DNA of 23,220 nt. Source: Bugula neritina (taxonomy: Eukaryota > Animalia > Bryozoa). The stretch is from positions 1-23,220 of the forward strand of contig CAXIUT010000311.1 of NCBI GenBank assembly GCA_964035545.1. Reading direction: 5' to 3'. This document shows positions 1-10,578 of this stretch, piece after piece. The position numbers and the translations under genes are program-made. Within the stretch, counting starts at the first letter, position 1; each line of letters begins with the position of its first letter. Below the pieces are notes generated by a model that worked only from the letters and a program-made list of their open reading frames with translations, did no database searches and had not been told where the DNA came from.

Positions 1-105
1 CCCAACCCCAACCCCAACCCCAACCCCAACCCCAACCCCAACCCCAACCCCAACCCCAACCCCAACCCCAACCCCAACCCCAACCCCAACCCCAACCCCA
101 ACCCC
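1..105. repeat. Telomere, (CCCCAA)n / (TTGGGG)n, about 17.5 perfect units
   Basis: Uninterrupted C4A2 hexamers from base 1 to 105, ending ...accccttaat. C4A2 is the established Tetrahymena-type macronuclear telomere repeat, and the C-strand at the 5' end is the expected orientation. Confidence 0.98.
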
Positions 106-214
106 TTAATATATTTATTCTTCATGAAAATGTACATATATTATCAAATTTGTTAGGGTTTTGATATTTTGAATTGATTAGAATAAGGTTTCATTATTAC
201 TTTAAAATTCAAAA

Positions 215-2209
215 ATGCAACAAAACAAAATGCCTGATGGTCAACGTACTAAGATCATCTACACACTCATCAAATAAGCCAAGTACCAAGACGTACATCT
301 TTTCTTCTTCAGGCCATCAACTATCTCAGCTATGAACTACAGTTCTGTCCTCGGAGTAGATCCATGTCCCTTCTGGCTTATTGCTACTACATGAGTCAAG
401 ATTTCCTCAACTCTGCTCGTGTATACTAACAGCTATCCAAATTTTATTCGGATGTTACTGAATATAAACTTTACTTGGCTCAGAGTCACTACAAAAATGG
501 AGATTTTGAGCAAGCATTGAAGGTATCTCAATCGATCAGCGACCCAGCTTTCCAGCAAAAGGTAATTCTTCTCCAGTCACTGATCAGATATGAACAAGAT
601 GAGATCCAACATGCCAAGTCTCTACTTCGACAAGGTAGTTGTATTTTAAGATAGCCAACCAGGAAGATTCAGATATTGTTGTCAATGGAGGATGCATTTT
701 ATACAAGGAAGGTAAGTACTAAGAAGCAAGAGTTAAGTTTGTTGATGCAATGAATTCCATTGGCTATGATTGTGAAATAGCCTATAACATTGCCTTATGC
801 CACTACAAACAAAAACAGTTGGCTCCCTCACTCAAATACATAGCCTAGATCATTGAAAAAGGAGTTAGAGAACATCCTTAGTTGGGAGTAGGATCATATG
901 CTCCTGATATAGAAGTCAAAAGTGTAGGCAATAGTCAAACTCTTAAGGAAACAGCTCTTATCTAGGCCTTCAATTTGAAAGCTGCAATAGAATATACTAT
1001 TCGCAATTATGCTGCAGCTAGATAGGCTTTACTGGATATGCCTCCTAGATCTGAAGAATAGTTGGACTCAGTATCACTATTAAACCAGGCTTTGATGAAC
1101 ATTGACGATGATCCTAATGGTTCATTTAAGAAGTTGAACTTTTTGTTGCAAAATCCTCCCTTCCTGCCTGAAACCTTCAGCAACCTGCTTTTGCTTTACT
1201 GTAAGTTTGGATATTACGACTTGGCTGCAGATGTTCTAGCTTAAAACTCTCAATTTACTTACAAGATGCCTAACCAATAAGATTTTTAGTTTATCGATGC
1301 TATTATTCTTCAAAAGGCATCTCCTGAATAATCACTAAGGAAGTTGGATTTGATAGCTAACAGATATATTGATTCTTTGAGACAGTTCACTAAAAGTATT
1401 CAAGATGCAAGATTGTCGAAAGATAATGAAGGTATTAAAAAGTCTTTAAAAGAATTTGATTAATGTCTCTAGAAGTATATTCCTGTTTTGATGTCTCAGG
1501 CTAAAATCTATTGGGATAAGTAGAATTATTCAGTAGTTGAGAAGCTATTCAGACAGAGTGCATAATTTTGTGCAGATCATGATACTTGGAAGTTAAACGT
1601 AGCTCATGTTTTTTTTGTTCTTTAGAGATACAACTAAGCTATAAGATATTATTAACCTATTGTTAACAAAAATGCAGATAACATGTTGAGTTTGACAGCT
1701 ATAGTGATAGCTAATCTTTGTGTTAGTTACATTATGGTCAATAAAAATGAAGAGGCAGAGGAAATTATGAAAAGATTGGAAGCAGAAGAAGAAAAAGCTG
1801 CATAAATCGCTTAAACTTAAAAACAGGCCAACCATTATCATCTATGTATCGTCAATTTGGTCATTGGAACTCTTTATTGTTCAAAAAATAACTACGACTT
1901 CGGCGTTGGCAGAATAATAAAATCTCTTTAGCCTATTCAAAAGAAAGTACTTTTTAATTAATGAAGCTTAATACTGATACTTGGTTCTATGCGAAGAGAT
2001 GCTCTTTATCATTATTGGAAATTCTATCAAAGCATATGATCGTGGTGAAGGACACTACTATTAGCGAGATAATTGACTTTTTGGACTTGGCTGATTAACA
2101 TGGCAAGACAACGCCTACTGTTTTCAACCCTCTGGAAGAACTTGATTAAAAACACACTGTTTCTTATTAGGCCCGAGAACTGAAAAGAATGTACATCAAA
2201 ATGAGATGA
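215..2209 (+). CDS. IFT70: Intraflagellar transport protein IFT70 / TTC30 / fleer (TPR protein), about 644 aa
   Basis: Exons 215-292, 313-634, 655-1946, 1967-2209 (three 20-nt introns). With TAA/TAG=E it reads MQQNKMPDGQRTKIIYTLIK...GCILYKEGKYEEA...IAEIIEKGVREHPELGVG...TALIEAFNLKAAIEY...DMPPRSEEELD...LLYCKFGYYDLAADVLAEN...WKLNVAHV...YHLCIVNLVIGTLYCSK...TDTWFYAKRC, matching TTC30 family motifs throughout. Ends in TGA. Confidence 0.97.
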
Positions 2210-2299
2210 TTCCCTTAAATATCATTATCAAGTCAATACTATCAGCTATTTAATGATTATCAATTGGTGCCTTAAAATTATCTATTGAATTCGCTGAGA

Positions 2300-2599
2300 T
2301 CATCTTACCAGTTTTTGGGGAGAGTTTTAAGCCAAGGTCTATCTCTTAGATATTTGCACTTTTTAGTATTGCGATAGTGAGCTCCTATTTGCTTTCCTTT
2401 GAACTATCCGCTGCAATAGGGACAGTTGTAAGATATCTATTCGAGTCTACTAGGGATATTGGTACATTGGGTCGAATTATTGGTGCATTGAACGTTATAT
2501 TCTTTGCATAAATGTTTTTCTTTGGTTGCTAATAAAAGAAATCATTGTCATTTATCTTTTTTGTTCTTGCGAAAGGAAGTTTTTTGGATTTGGTTGCAT
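2300..2599 (-). CDS. Small hypothetical protein, about 99 aa
   Basis: ATG 2599 to TGA 2300 is open under UAR=Glu (MQPNPKNFLSQEQKREMTMISF...). No recognisable domain. It could extend to TGA at 2260 if the GGGG at 2317-2320 is one base too long. Confidence 0.55.
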
Positions 2600-2676
2600 G
2601 ACTCCCTAGCTATAAAATACTATAATTATCATAAAAGGTAAATATTTCAAAAACAACAAAATAACTTAGATATAGG

Positions 2677-2791
2677 TTGAAGTTAAAGGAAGTAGTGAAG
2701 ATATTGAAGTTAAAGGAAGTAGTGAACATATTGAAGTTAAATGAGATAGTGAAGATATTGAAGTTAAAGGAAGTAGTGAAGATATTGAAGT
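2677..2791. repeat. 27-bp tandem repeat (TTGAAGTTAAAGGAAGTAGTGAAGATA), about 4.3 copies
   Basis: Units start at 2677, 2704, 2731, 2758, with a partial at 2785; units 2 and 3 carry substitutions. It lies immediately 3' of the stop codon of the 2795-3939 gene. Confidence 0.92.
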
Positions 2792-2794
2792 AGA

Positions 2795-3939
2795 TCATTT
2801 ATTTTTGGCTGTTTTGAGTTGTTCTAGGAGATTTTTATTTATTTTTTTAATTTAATTTAACTGCAGCTCTTTATCTGTAATCGTTTATGTTAATTTGTTG
2901 ACTAGTAGTTGCAATCCTGAATTATTTTATCCTTGTCCACTTTTATATCTAACTAGCATTTATAAGTTTTTTAATTTCATTTCCAACTACTTGATTCTCT
3001 ATTACGACTAGGTATCTTTTATGTTGCTATTTTTGTTGTTCTTAGGTGGTGGTAGTATTCCTTTTTAGTTTGCGAGTGATTATAATTTTTTTTTTAGTTT
3101 AGTGTTTTAATTTTATATGTTTTAGTATTTGAGGTTGAATTTTTATATTTATGATTCGTATTTTTAGCATTTTCTCTATGCTTGTTGTTTTAATAGTTTA
3201 GTCTATTGATATTAGTTTTGATATTTTTATATTTCTTTTTATAATTCTTCCTATTTTTTATTTTATATCAATTCTAATTTCTTTTGACAACTTCTATGTT
3301 CTTATTTCTATTATTTTAGCTCTTTCTTTATTATCATTATTTACTATATTATACTCTATTTACATTCTTGTAAAATCTGTTGTCTTATTTTAGTTGTCCT
3401 ACCTTCCTAACTGCAACCATCCCCTCTTCTCTTTCCTTCCTTATCATCTAGAGTTATCTCTTTGCGTTTATTAGATCTCCTTCTGCTTGGCATTTTCTTT
3501 CTCTTTCGATATTGTAGTTATGTTCTAACATTTAGTATTGTCTTTTGAGTGTTTTAAGTTCTTTATTTAGTTCATCTACCTTTAATACGAAAAGAGTATT
3601 ATTTTTCTTATCTTCTCCTTTGATTTTCTTCTTCTAATCTAGTTAAATAGTCGATTTCATGTTTATTTATAGCTATTCATTCGAAGATACTACTGGAGAT
3701 TACTTATTACTCTTATTCTCATCCTTTTTACTCTATTTTTTAACTACTTCGATTGACTAGTTATTTATTTATTCTTTATTGATTCTTTATTAATTTTGGA
3801 TGATGATATTTTTTGTTTAGTGATTTTGTTCAACTGATATTTAAGGATTTATACCTAGGTTGGAAGAATGGACAGAGCAGGTGCGAACAAGTAGAACAAA
3901 GAGATCTCTATTGAAGTTGTTATTTAGATTAAGTTTCAT
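2795..3939 (-). CDS. Coiled-coil hypothetical protein, about 374 aa
   Basis: ATG 3939, one 20-nt intron (3344-3363), TGA 2795. E/K/L-rich heptad-like sequence (...KVDELNKELKTLKRQYEMLE...KLTETITDKELQLNEIKKINKNLLEQLK). Confidence 0.8.
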
Positions 3940-4073
3940 AGATTATTTTTAATTATAGTTGAAGAGAAGAGAACTAAAAGTTTTTCTAATAAACTATATA
4001 TTAGGATATTATTGACTAATTTTCATTTACTATATTATTTTTTAACCTGATTTAAAAACTATACTATCTTGCT

Positions 4074-4618
4074 TCACTTGAATTAGAACTTATACCGGAA
4101 GCTACAACTCTTAAAACTTTTAATTTTGTGAATAAACGACTTATATTTTAGCTTACAATTATAAATATTTATCTTAGAGGAATTTATCTAGTTGCTTTTA
4201 TAATTAGTTATCGATTTATATTATCTAGGTTTATTCCATAAGAGTTATGCCATTGTATTTTTTACCCTCCACAAAAGGCTCAATCTGGACACAAATACTA
4301 TATACTCTCAATATTACATTGAACCGACATCATCTAAACAAGGCTGGTAGTATGAAGACTGTACTCCTTATATCTATTTGAAATCATGTGAATTTTTTAA
4401 ATACCATTTACATCTGATCTCATCTAAGGCCTATCCCGCTGAATCGTAAGATTAGTACTTTATTTTAGTTGAGTTTTGATATTTATTAAATCAGTATTGA
4501 TTCCTTTGCTTACCAGTCGACAAGTAAAAGAAGTCTAGTCAAAAAAATCAGAAGGCTTCGGCTACTAGCGACGAGTTTATTTTCTGAGAAAAAGGTCTGA
4601 TAATTTTTTATTAATCAT
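4074..4618 (-). CDS. Hypothetical protein, about 174 aa
   Basis: ATG 4618 (MINKKLSDLFLRKETRREEPKP...). A 20-nt GTA..AG intron at 4298-4317 removes the frame stop; TGA at 4074. No recognised domain. Confidence 0.6.
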
Positions 4619-4656
4619 TTATATTGTGCCTCTAAATATAATATTAATCGATAATA

Positions 4657-4896
4657 ATGGATTCTTCTGCATCGAAAGAAGTCATTGATTTCAACTAGGC
4701 AGCTGATTTGGTATTTTAAAGAATGGGCAAAAGCAAGGAATAGCTTAGGTAGTTTCATAATTCTATATAAAATCTTAGAAGTGATAACTAGGAGCTAAAA
4801 TCTTTAATTAAAAAGATTAAACAATAATCCAAAAGATAAATAACAACTACCCAAAAACTTATTATCATTCAAAAGCTACTCAAAGAAAGGTAGTGA
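4657..4896 (+). CDS. Small coiled-coil protein, 79 aa
   Basis: MDSSASKEVIDFNEAADLVFERMGKSKEELREFHNSIENLRSDNEELKSLIKKIKQE...LLKERE-TGA, open with UAR=Glu. Confidence 0.7.
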
Positions 4897-4904
4897 AGTG
4901 ATTA

Positions 4905-4965
4905 ATATATCTGATTTTATTCTATATATCTGATTTTATTCTATCTTTTATCCTTTTATCCTTTT
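4905..4965. repeat. 19-bp direct duplication (ATATATCTGATTTTATTCT x2) followed by short ATCCTTTT-like repeats
   Basis: Copies at 4905-4923 and 4924-4942, starting 8 bp after the TGA at 4896. Confidence 0.8.
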
Positions 4966-5023
4966 TGAACATTAGTGATAAAACTTTTTAGGTTAATTAT
5001 ATGAAACAGTTGATTAGATAATA

Positions 5024-6790
5024 ATGAGTTAGGATTAAAAACCTGAAGAGTTGGTCTACCATCCTCCTGTTCGTAATCAACAATCAGCCAATAGTTCTCG
5101 TAATAATACTCCTCTTCGCCTGCCTCCTCGCATCCCATCAAACAAAAAAGCTATCCTAAACGGAATGGCTTTACCACCTCAATTGAAAACTAAACCCAAA
5201 AGTAAATCAGTAAGGATGAATACTCCACATGAGTTGGCTTAGACAGAGCCAATGCACTTGGCTAGTATGACTGAAGAGATCAGGAACCAGGTGGTAAGAT
5301 ATAACTAAGATAAAAAAGCAGGTCGGCCTTAGTTCAATGTGAATCAACCAGTTAATCGATGTGTTACTTCTGCACAGAAAAGTAGAAGAAATTCAATTTT
5401 ATCTGGCTATAAAGCCTCCTTAAAAGCAGAGACAGCTGCCTATTTGATAAGCAAAGCTCCTTATTTGGCTTCCCAACAAAAAAGACATGACATGTTCCAT
5501 CGAACTCCAATAAACGAGCAGCAAAAAATAGTATCTCAACATAGCGAACAAGAAAATGAGTTATATTTCAAGTTGCCAGAAAGGAACTAGCAGAGACAAG
5601 TACTACATAACAAAACTATTATCTTTTCATCAAGGCAGTCATGCTTATACGAAATAGCATTGATTGGTTAAAGGGTACTGATTACTGCTCATTTGATGGG
5701 ATCGAGTAACTATACTGTTACTGAGTTGCTTTCAGTTGAGAAGACTAAGGTAGTATTGAGAGATTATAGTAATAATTTTGATTAATTGTATGTAAAGATA
5801 ACTTTGGAGGGTAAAGGAGAGAGATATGAATCGATTAAGGTGAATTTATCTGAGTAGAGTGAAAATAAAATGAAGGGAAAGGAGTATCAAAAGATAGTTT
5901 AAGGCGAAAAGTATAAAGTAAAGCAAAAGAGGCAAAAATAATTTATACAGAGAAATTATTATACATTTCAGAAAAAGTATTAATCTTGTAGATCTGAACA
6001 GTCTAAAAATAAACCCTCTATTACTCATTAAAAAATGGAAGAATTAGTAGAAAGATTAGCTGCTCCTAAAAGATATCAAATCAAGTCTAATAACTATTTG
6101 CCTCAAAATGAAAATAGTTAAAAATCTATCGAGGAAAAAAGACATAAATAAAAATAAACTTTGAAAATGATTGAGGCTATTGAGAAAGATATCAAAGAAG
6201 CAGATGTTTTCTAAAAGCCTAAGTAGTCTAAATAGTTGAAAATGAGGGAATAAAATATGAATTAAAATAAATCTGCTGTCATTAAACATACAGACTCGAT
6301 ATAGATCCTAGACAAATCAATTAAATTGGCAGAATCAAAGGAAAATACTTCAAACAATATGCTTGAATCTTAAATAATAGTCAAAAAATAAACAAAAAAA
6401 TAAATAAAAATTTAAAATAAGGATGGCTAGGATTATTAATATGACGAGTCATTTGAAAATCCTTCTATTCTTTCTAAGAAAGAACCAAGTTTGTGTCAAT
6501 CAGATGTTCCTCAATAGAAAAATAAATCACAACTTTCTTCAAGATCAAAAAAATCAAAGAGAAACAACTCTAAAGTGCCTGTTGAAGGTGAATATGAAAA
6601 TATTTACGAAGATGACTACTAAAATGAGGAATATGCTGATTAGTAGTATGAACAAATCGATTTGGAAGATCTCTAGGATACGAAGCCTGTGGTTCAGAGA
6701 TAGGTTGTCCGGGAGAAGATACGGGAGAAGATAGTGAATGATTCAGAACTGAAAGTGGAGTAGGAGTATGCTTAATAATTTTAGAATTGA
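5024..6790 (+). CDS. Hypothetical protein, about 588 aa; P/R/K-rich N-terminus, acidic C-terminus
   Basis: Single TGA-free frame from ATG 5024 (MSEDEKPEELVYHPPVR...) to TGA 6788-6790. It joins ORF-track fragments 5051 and 5339. Confidence 0.85.
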
Positions 6791-6821
6791 TTATATTCTA
6801 TGTTTATTGTTAGTATAGTCA

Positions 6822-7299
6822 TCATCCTTTCGCAGTGTAAAGAGCTATTGCTATTTCAGAGACAAGAGGAAGTAAGCTAAACACGTAAAAGATAGTCCAT
6901 ATGTTTTCGTATTGCCAGCGGGTGTGACTATAGTAGAGATAGCTGCCTAATACTAGCAGAAAAGCATCTACGTGGAATATATTGTACTGTAGAAGGTAGG
7001 TTTTACTCTGAAACGGTTTGTTCCTACATAAAGCACGATAAATTGCATAAATAAAAAGACTAAAGCCATTGTGTTTGCTGCTTTGAAGGCTTGTTCGATT
7101 GCTTTGAACTCAGTTGATGTTGAACTCTATAGTTCTGGAATTGATATGAGGATGTTGTGAGACTGAGTTTGAGAGAAGGTACTTGATCTGATCTGTTCGA
7201 GAGGATTATAAGGAGTTGCGTGAGAAGGAGAAGTAATCTGAGAATAGTCAATTTTCTTTAATAGGTTTTGTCTTATTCCTCAACTAATATGATGCTCAT
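6822..7299 (-). CDS. TMEM107: TMEM107-like ciliary transition-zone membrane protein, about 145 aa
   Basis: Two 20-nt introns (7163-7182, 6968-6987). Four hydrophobic segments. The C-terminal RWQYENIWTIFYVFSLLPLVSE resembles the TMEM107 signature RWECTTYWYIFVFCSALPAVTE, and size and topology fit. Ends TGA TGA. Confidence 0.72.
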
Positions 7300-7454
7300 A
7301 AGTTATTACTAAATATAAAGCCTTTGAGTATTAGAATAAAAAAGTTCTGAAAAGATAATTTTTTAAAAAGTTAAATGCTTTGATTAGTTTGATTTAAAAA
7401 GAAAGATCAATTTCAGTCTTTATTAAATTATTTACTTTTATTTTTGATATTAAT

Positions 7455-10400
7455 ATGCAGAGGTGGAAAGATCTAACTATTGAGACACAGTTCTTCGAAG
7501 ATGGTATAGAAGGCATTCCTGATGCTATTCTTGTCGAACAAAGTCCATAGCGTAAAAGATTCAATTCTGTTTTTACTTAGGAGAATGATCTATCCTCGAA
7601 AACATCAATTTAAATCATTGAAAGAATTCTAAGCAACAAAATCATTCAAAATTTTCTAGATTGCTGGGAAACACTTAAAAATAGTACTCTTTCGCCAATA
7701 GCCTGTCAATCTCATCAGAGAGAATCTCGTAGTTCATTGATATCTCATATCAGGAGTCGATAGGAATTTCCTATTCTCAGAGCTCATAGATAAAAAGATA
7801 TGATTCTGAATGATTAAAGTCATTCAAGCAATTTGGAATGGTTTTAACAACAAAGAGATGGATTTAATGTTAAAAATAAAATAGCTCAGACTCATATTGA
7901 TAGAGCTAAATTGTTGAAATAGATCGTTAACAAACTAAAAAAGGGTAAGCTAGAAGCCGAACAAGTAAATGATCAGAGACAAAGAACTCAGGGAAACCAT
8001 TAGTTGCTAATGCATGTAAAGTAGATATAGTAAGTAACAAATCAGTTGCAAATGGAAAGATATCAAGTACAGTCAGTGCAGATGCCTGTTATGATATCTA
8101 GATCGTCTAAATAATAACAATATAGAAAGGAAATGGCGAAGATAATGTAGTAAGAGAAGAGATAAAGAGAGGATCAGGAGATGGAGAGACAAGTTTGTTA
8201 AGAATTGTTGCTTTTAAAAAGATAGCTTCAGAGTTTAAGGTTGGAAAATGAAGCGATTATATCAAATCAAGTGTATAAACAAGATGAAATTCACTTTTTA
8301 AGGTAAAATAAATAACAATTACAAAGATAGTTTGATATTTTGAAGAAGCAGTATTTGTAACTTCAACTTGAAGTTGAACAAAAAAGAATTAGTTAACAAA
8401 ATATCTCGTCAAAGCAAGTTAGAACAGAATGTGGTAGTGATAGTACAGGATTGTCCATTGGTCAATCAAAGCAGTTAGAAAGAGTTCAAGCAGACTTGGA
8501 ATTCAAATCAAAATTTTAAAAAGAAATGTCTTTGCTGAATGAGAGAATCAGAAATGTAGAAATGAAAGAAGAAGCATTGAAAGGTCAATTTTCAAGAGAA
8601 CTTCAACATAGACAAGAAATAAGGCAGGATAGTGAAATTCATCAATAGAGGTTACAAAGGGAGGTAGTAGAGTCAGTGAGAAAAGAAGTCCAAGAGTCTG
8701 CTCGGAGAGAGACAGTTTTGTTAGAGCAGTGGAGACAACAAAATACCATAGAATAACGAGAGCGTGAAGAGAATATGAGACAATTATTAAGAAAAGAGAA
8801 AAGTTTAGAGTAATCATTAATGCAATAAAGATTCAGGAAAGAACAGATGATTCAGGAATTTAATTTAAAATAACAAGAATTGAAAAGACAAATGGCTGAG
8901 GAGTTATTGAGAAGATAGGAAAGTATTAGATAAGAAAAGTTCAAACAAGAATAGAGATACAGGCAACAACTGAGACAAATATAATAGTTATAGCATAGGA
9001 TAAGAAGCAAAGCTCTATAGGCAGATAATAGTATTAAAATTACAAATGAAATAAATAAAGGTGTGAATAATTCAATCAATTATGCGATAAATAGTGGAAA
9101 TGAGCCATGGCATAAATAACTAAATAAATAAAGGAAGAGCTAGCTCAATAAATAAAGGAAGAGCTAACTCAATAAATAAAGGAAGAGCTAACTCAATAGA
9201 TAAAGGAAGAGCTAACTCAATAGATAGCGAAATCAGTAATTCAATAAACAAAGGAATGAGTTATGATCTAAATAGCATTAACAACTAGATAAATAAAAGA
9301 GGTCTGAGGAATAGAAAAAGTAGTGAAATATCAAGTGGTATTAGGAGGTAGCTTAGTCAGGATAATGAGCAAATTTATAGCATAAGAGAAGAGTATCATA
9401 GCAATGATGTGAATCGAAGGGATGTGAGTAATAGTAATAATGAATTTAAATCTGGTATTGGTAGTGGGGTTAATAATGAGATAAGTAATGTGGAATTGGA
9501 AAACAAGTTGAGAGGACTTATGCCTTATTCATAAGATAAAAACATTAATTCTTATTAGAGTAATAATATTGTGGAATCAATTAAAAATCATAAAATGAAT
9601 TAAAATAAACCTATTCATCACGAATAAATCATTTAAAGATCTTTTGGATCATCAGTACCCAATCAATATCAAAAATAACATAAATTAAGAGGTGTTCCTG
9701 CATCTAAATCTGACAATCAATCACAACCAAAAGTTAAAGATAACCATATTATAACAAAACACTAAAATTAGTCATTCGATTAAGTGATTCATTCAAAAGG
9801 TTAAATAAATTAATACTATCCTCAACATGATGTCAAAAACTATCTAGTAAGAGATTAGATACCTGATAAAGAGAGAATGATCAATCAAAATTTGATACTT
9901 AATAACTAAAAGATATTAAGAAATGATAGAAATCAATAGGAGAGATTGCCTAGATAGAATAGAAGGAGTAGTAGAGCTGCTTAGTCGTAAATTGATAGAA
10001 TAAATCCTAATATATCATCAGTAGATCGTAATAAACAGAATTATAGAGTTGGAAAATCATTCTAAAAAATAAATTAAAGTATCTCATTAAATAAAAATCA
10101 AAAGTAAATAAATATTCAATCAAAAATGGTCTTTAAATAAACCTAAAGTACACAAAAATTGATTTACAATGAAAATGGATCAATAAGATCTTCAATCAAT
10201 CCTATAAAAACCTATAACAACAGCCATTATCAATCTGTAGAACCTACTCTTGATCAGACTGTCAACATTGGATATTCAAAACATCCTGCTACAGGATATA
10301 TACAACCAATAGGCAATCACCAACATCTTACCTCTAACTTATCTCAACCTGCAAATATCAGCTACTCAGCTGATAAGTACTATAGAATTCCTGGAGATGG

Positions 10401-10578
10401 AAGTACTACAAGAGATACAAAGGTGTTGATGAATGTGCCACGCGATTCGAGTGATTCTCGAGGAGAGTGGCAATTAAGAGGACGTCGAGCTTAATCTCCA
10501 TCAAGTCCTAGATATGATACAGTGTTGTAGTGGCCTAAAAGAGAACCAACTGAAGATGGCTGCCATTGTTGCTATTGA
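7455..10578 (+). CDS. Large coiled-coil / N,S-rich protein (about 1040 aa) with one +1 frame break near 9098
   Basis: Frame A is open 7455-9266 and frame B is open from about 9100 to 10578. The NEINKG-type motif runs in frame A before 9098 and in frame B after it, implying one gene. C-terminus ...EDGCHCCY-TGA. Confidence 0.75.
9127..9226 (+). repeat. 24-bp coding tandem repeat (about 4 copies) encoding NKGRANSI / DKGRANSI
   Basis: AATAAAGGAAGAGCTAACTCAATA units repeated four times inside the 7455-10578 gene. Confidence 0.9.

Noticed and set aside
215-2209. Pseudogene interpretation of the many in-frame TAA/TAG
   Set aside because: They fall systematically at conserved Glu positions in otherwise intact genes.
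2677-2791. CRISPR-like array
   Set aside because: Units are directly adjacent with no unique spacers, there are no cas genes, and the context is eukaryotic. The same applies to the 24-bp repeats at 9127 and 19281.
3837-3857. Possible 21-nt intron GTATAAATCCTTAAATATCAG (minus strand)
   Set aside because: It is in frame, contains no TGA and has no A at -6, so it cannot be supported without cDNA.
215-7299. Ciliary gene cluster (IFT70 + TMEM107)
   Set aside because: They are separated by five unrelated genes, and ciliary genes are abundant in ciliates, so proximity is unremarkable.
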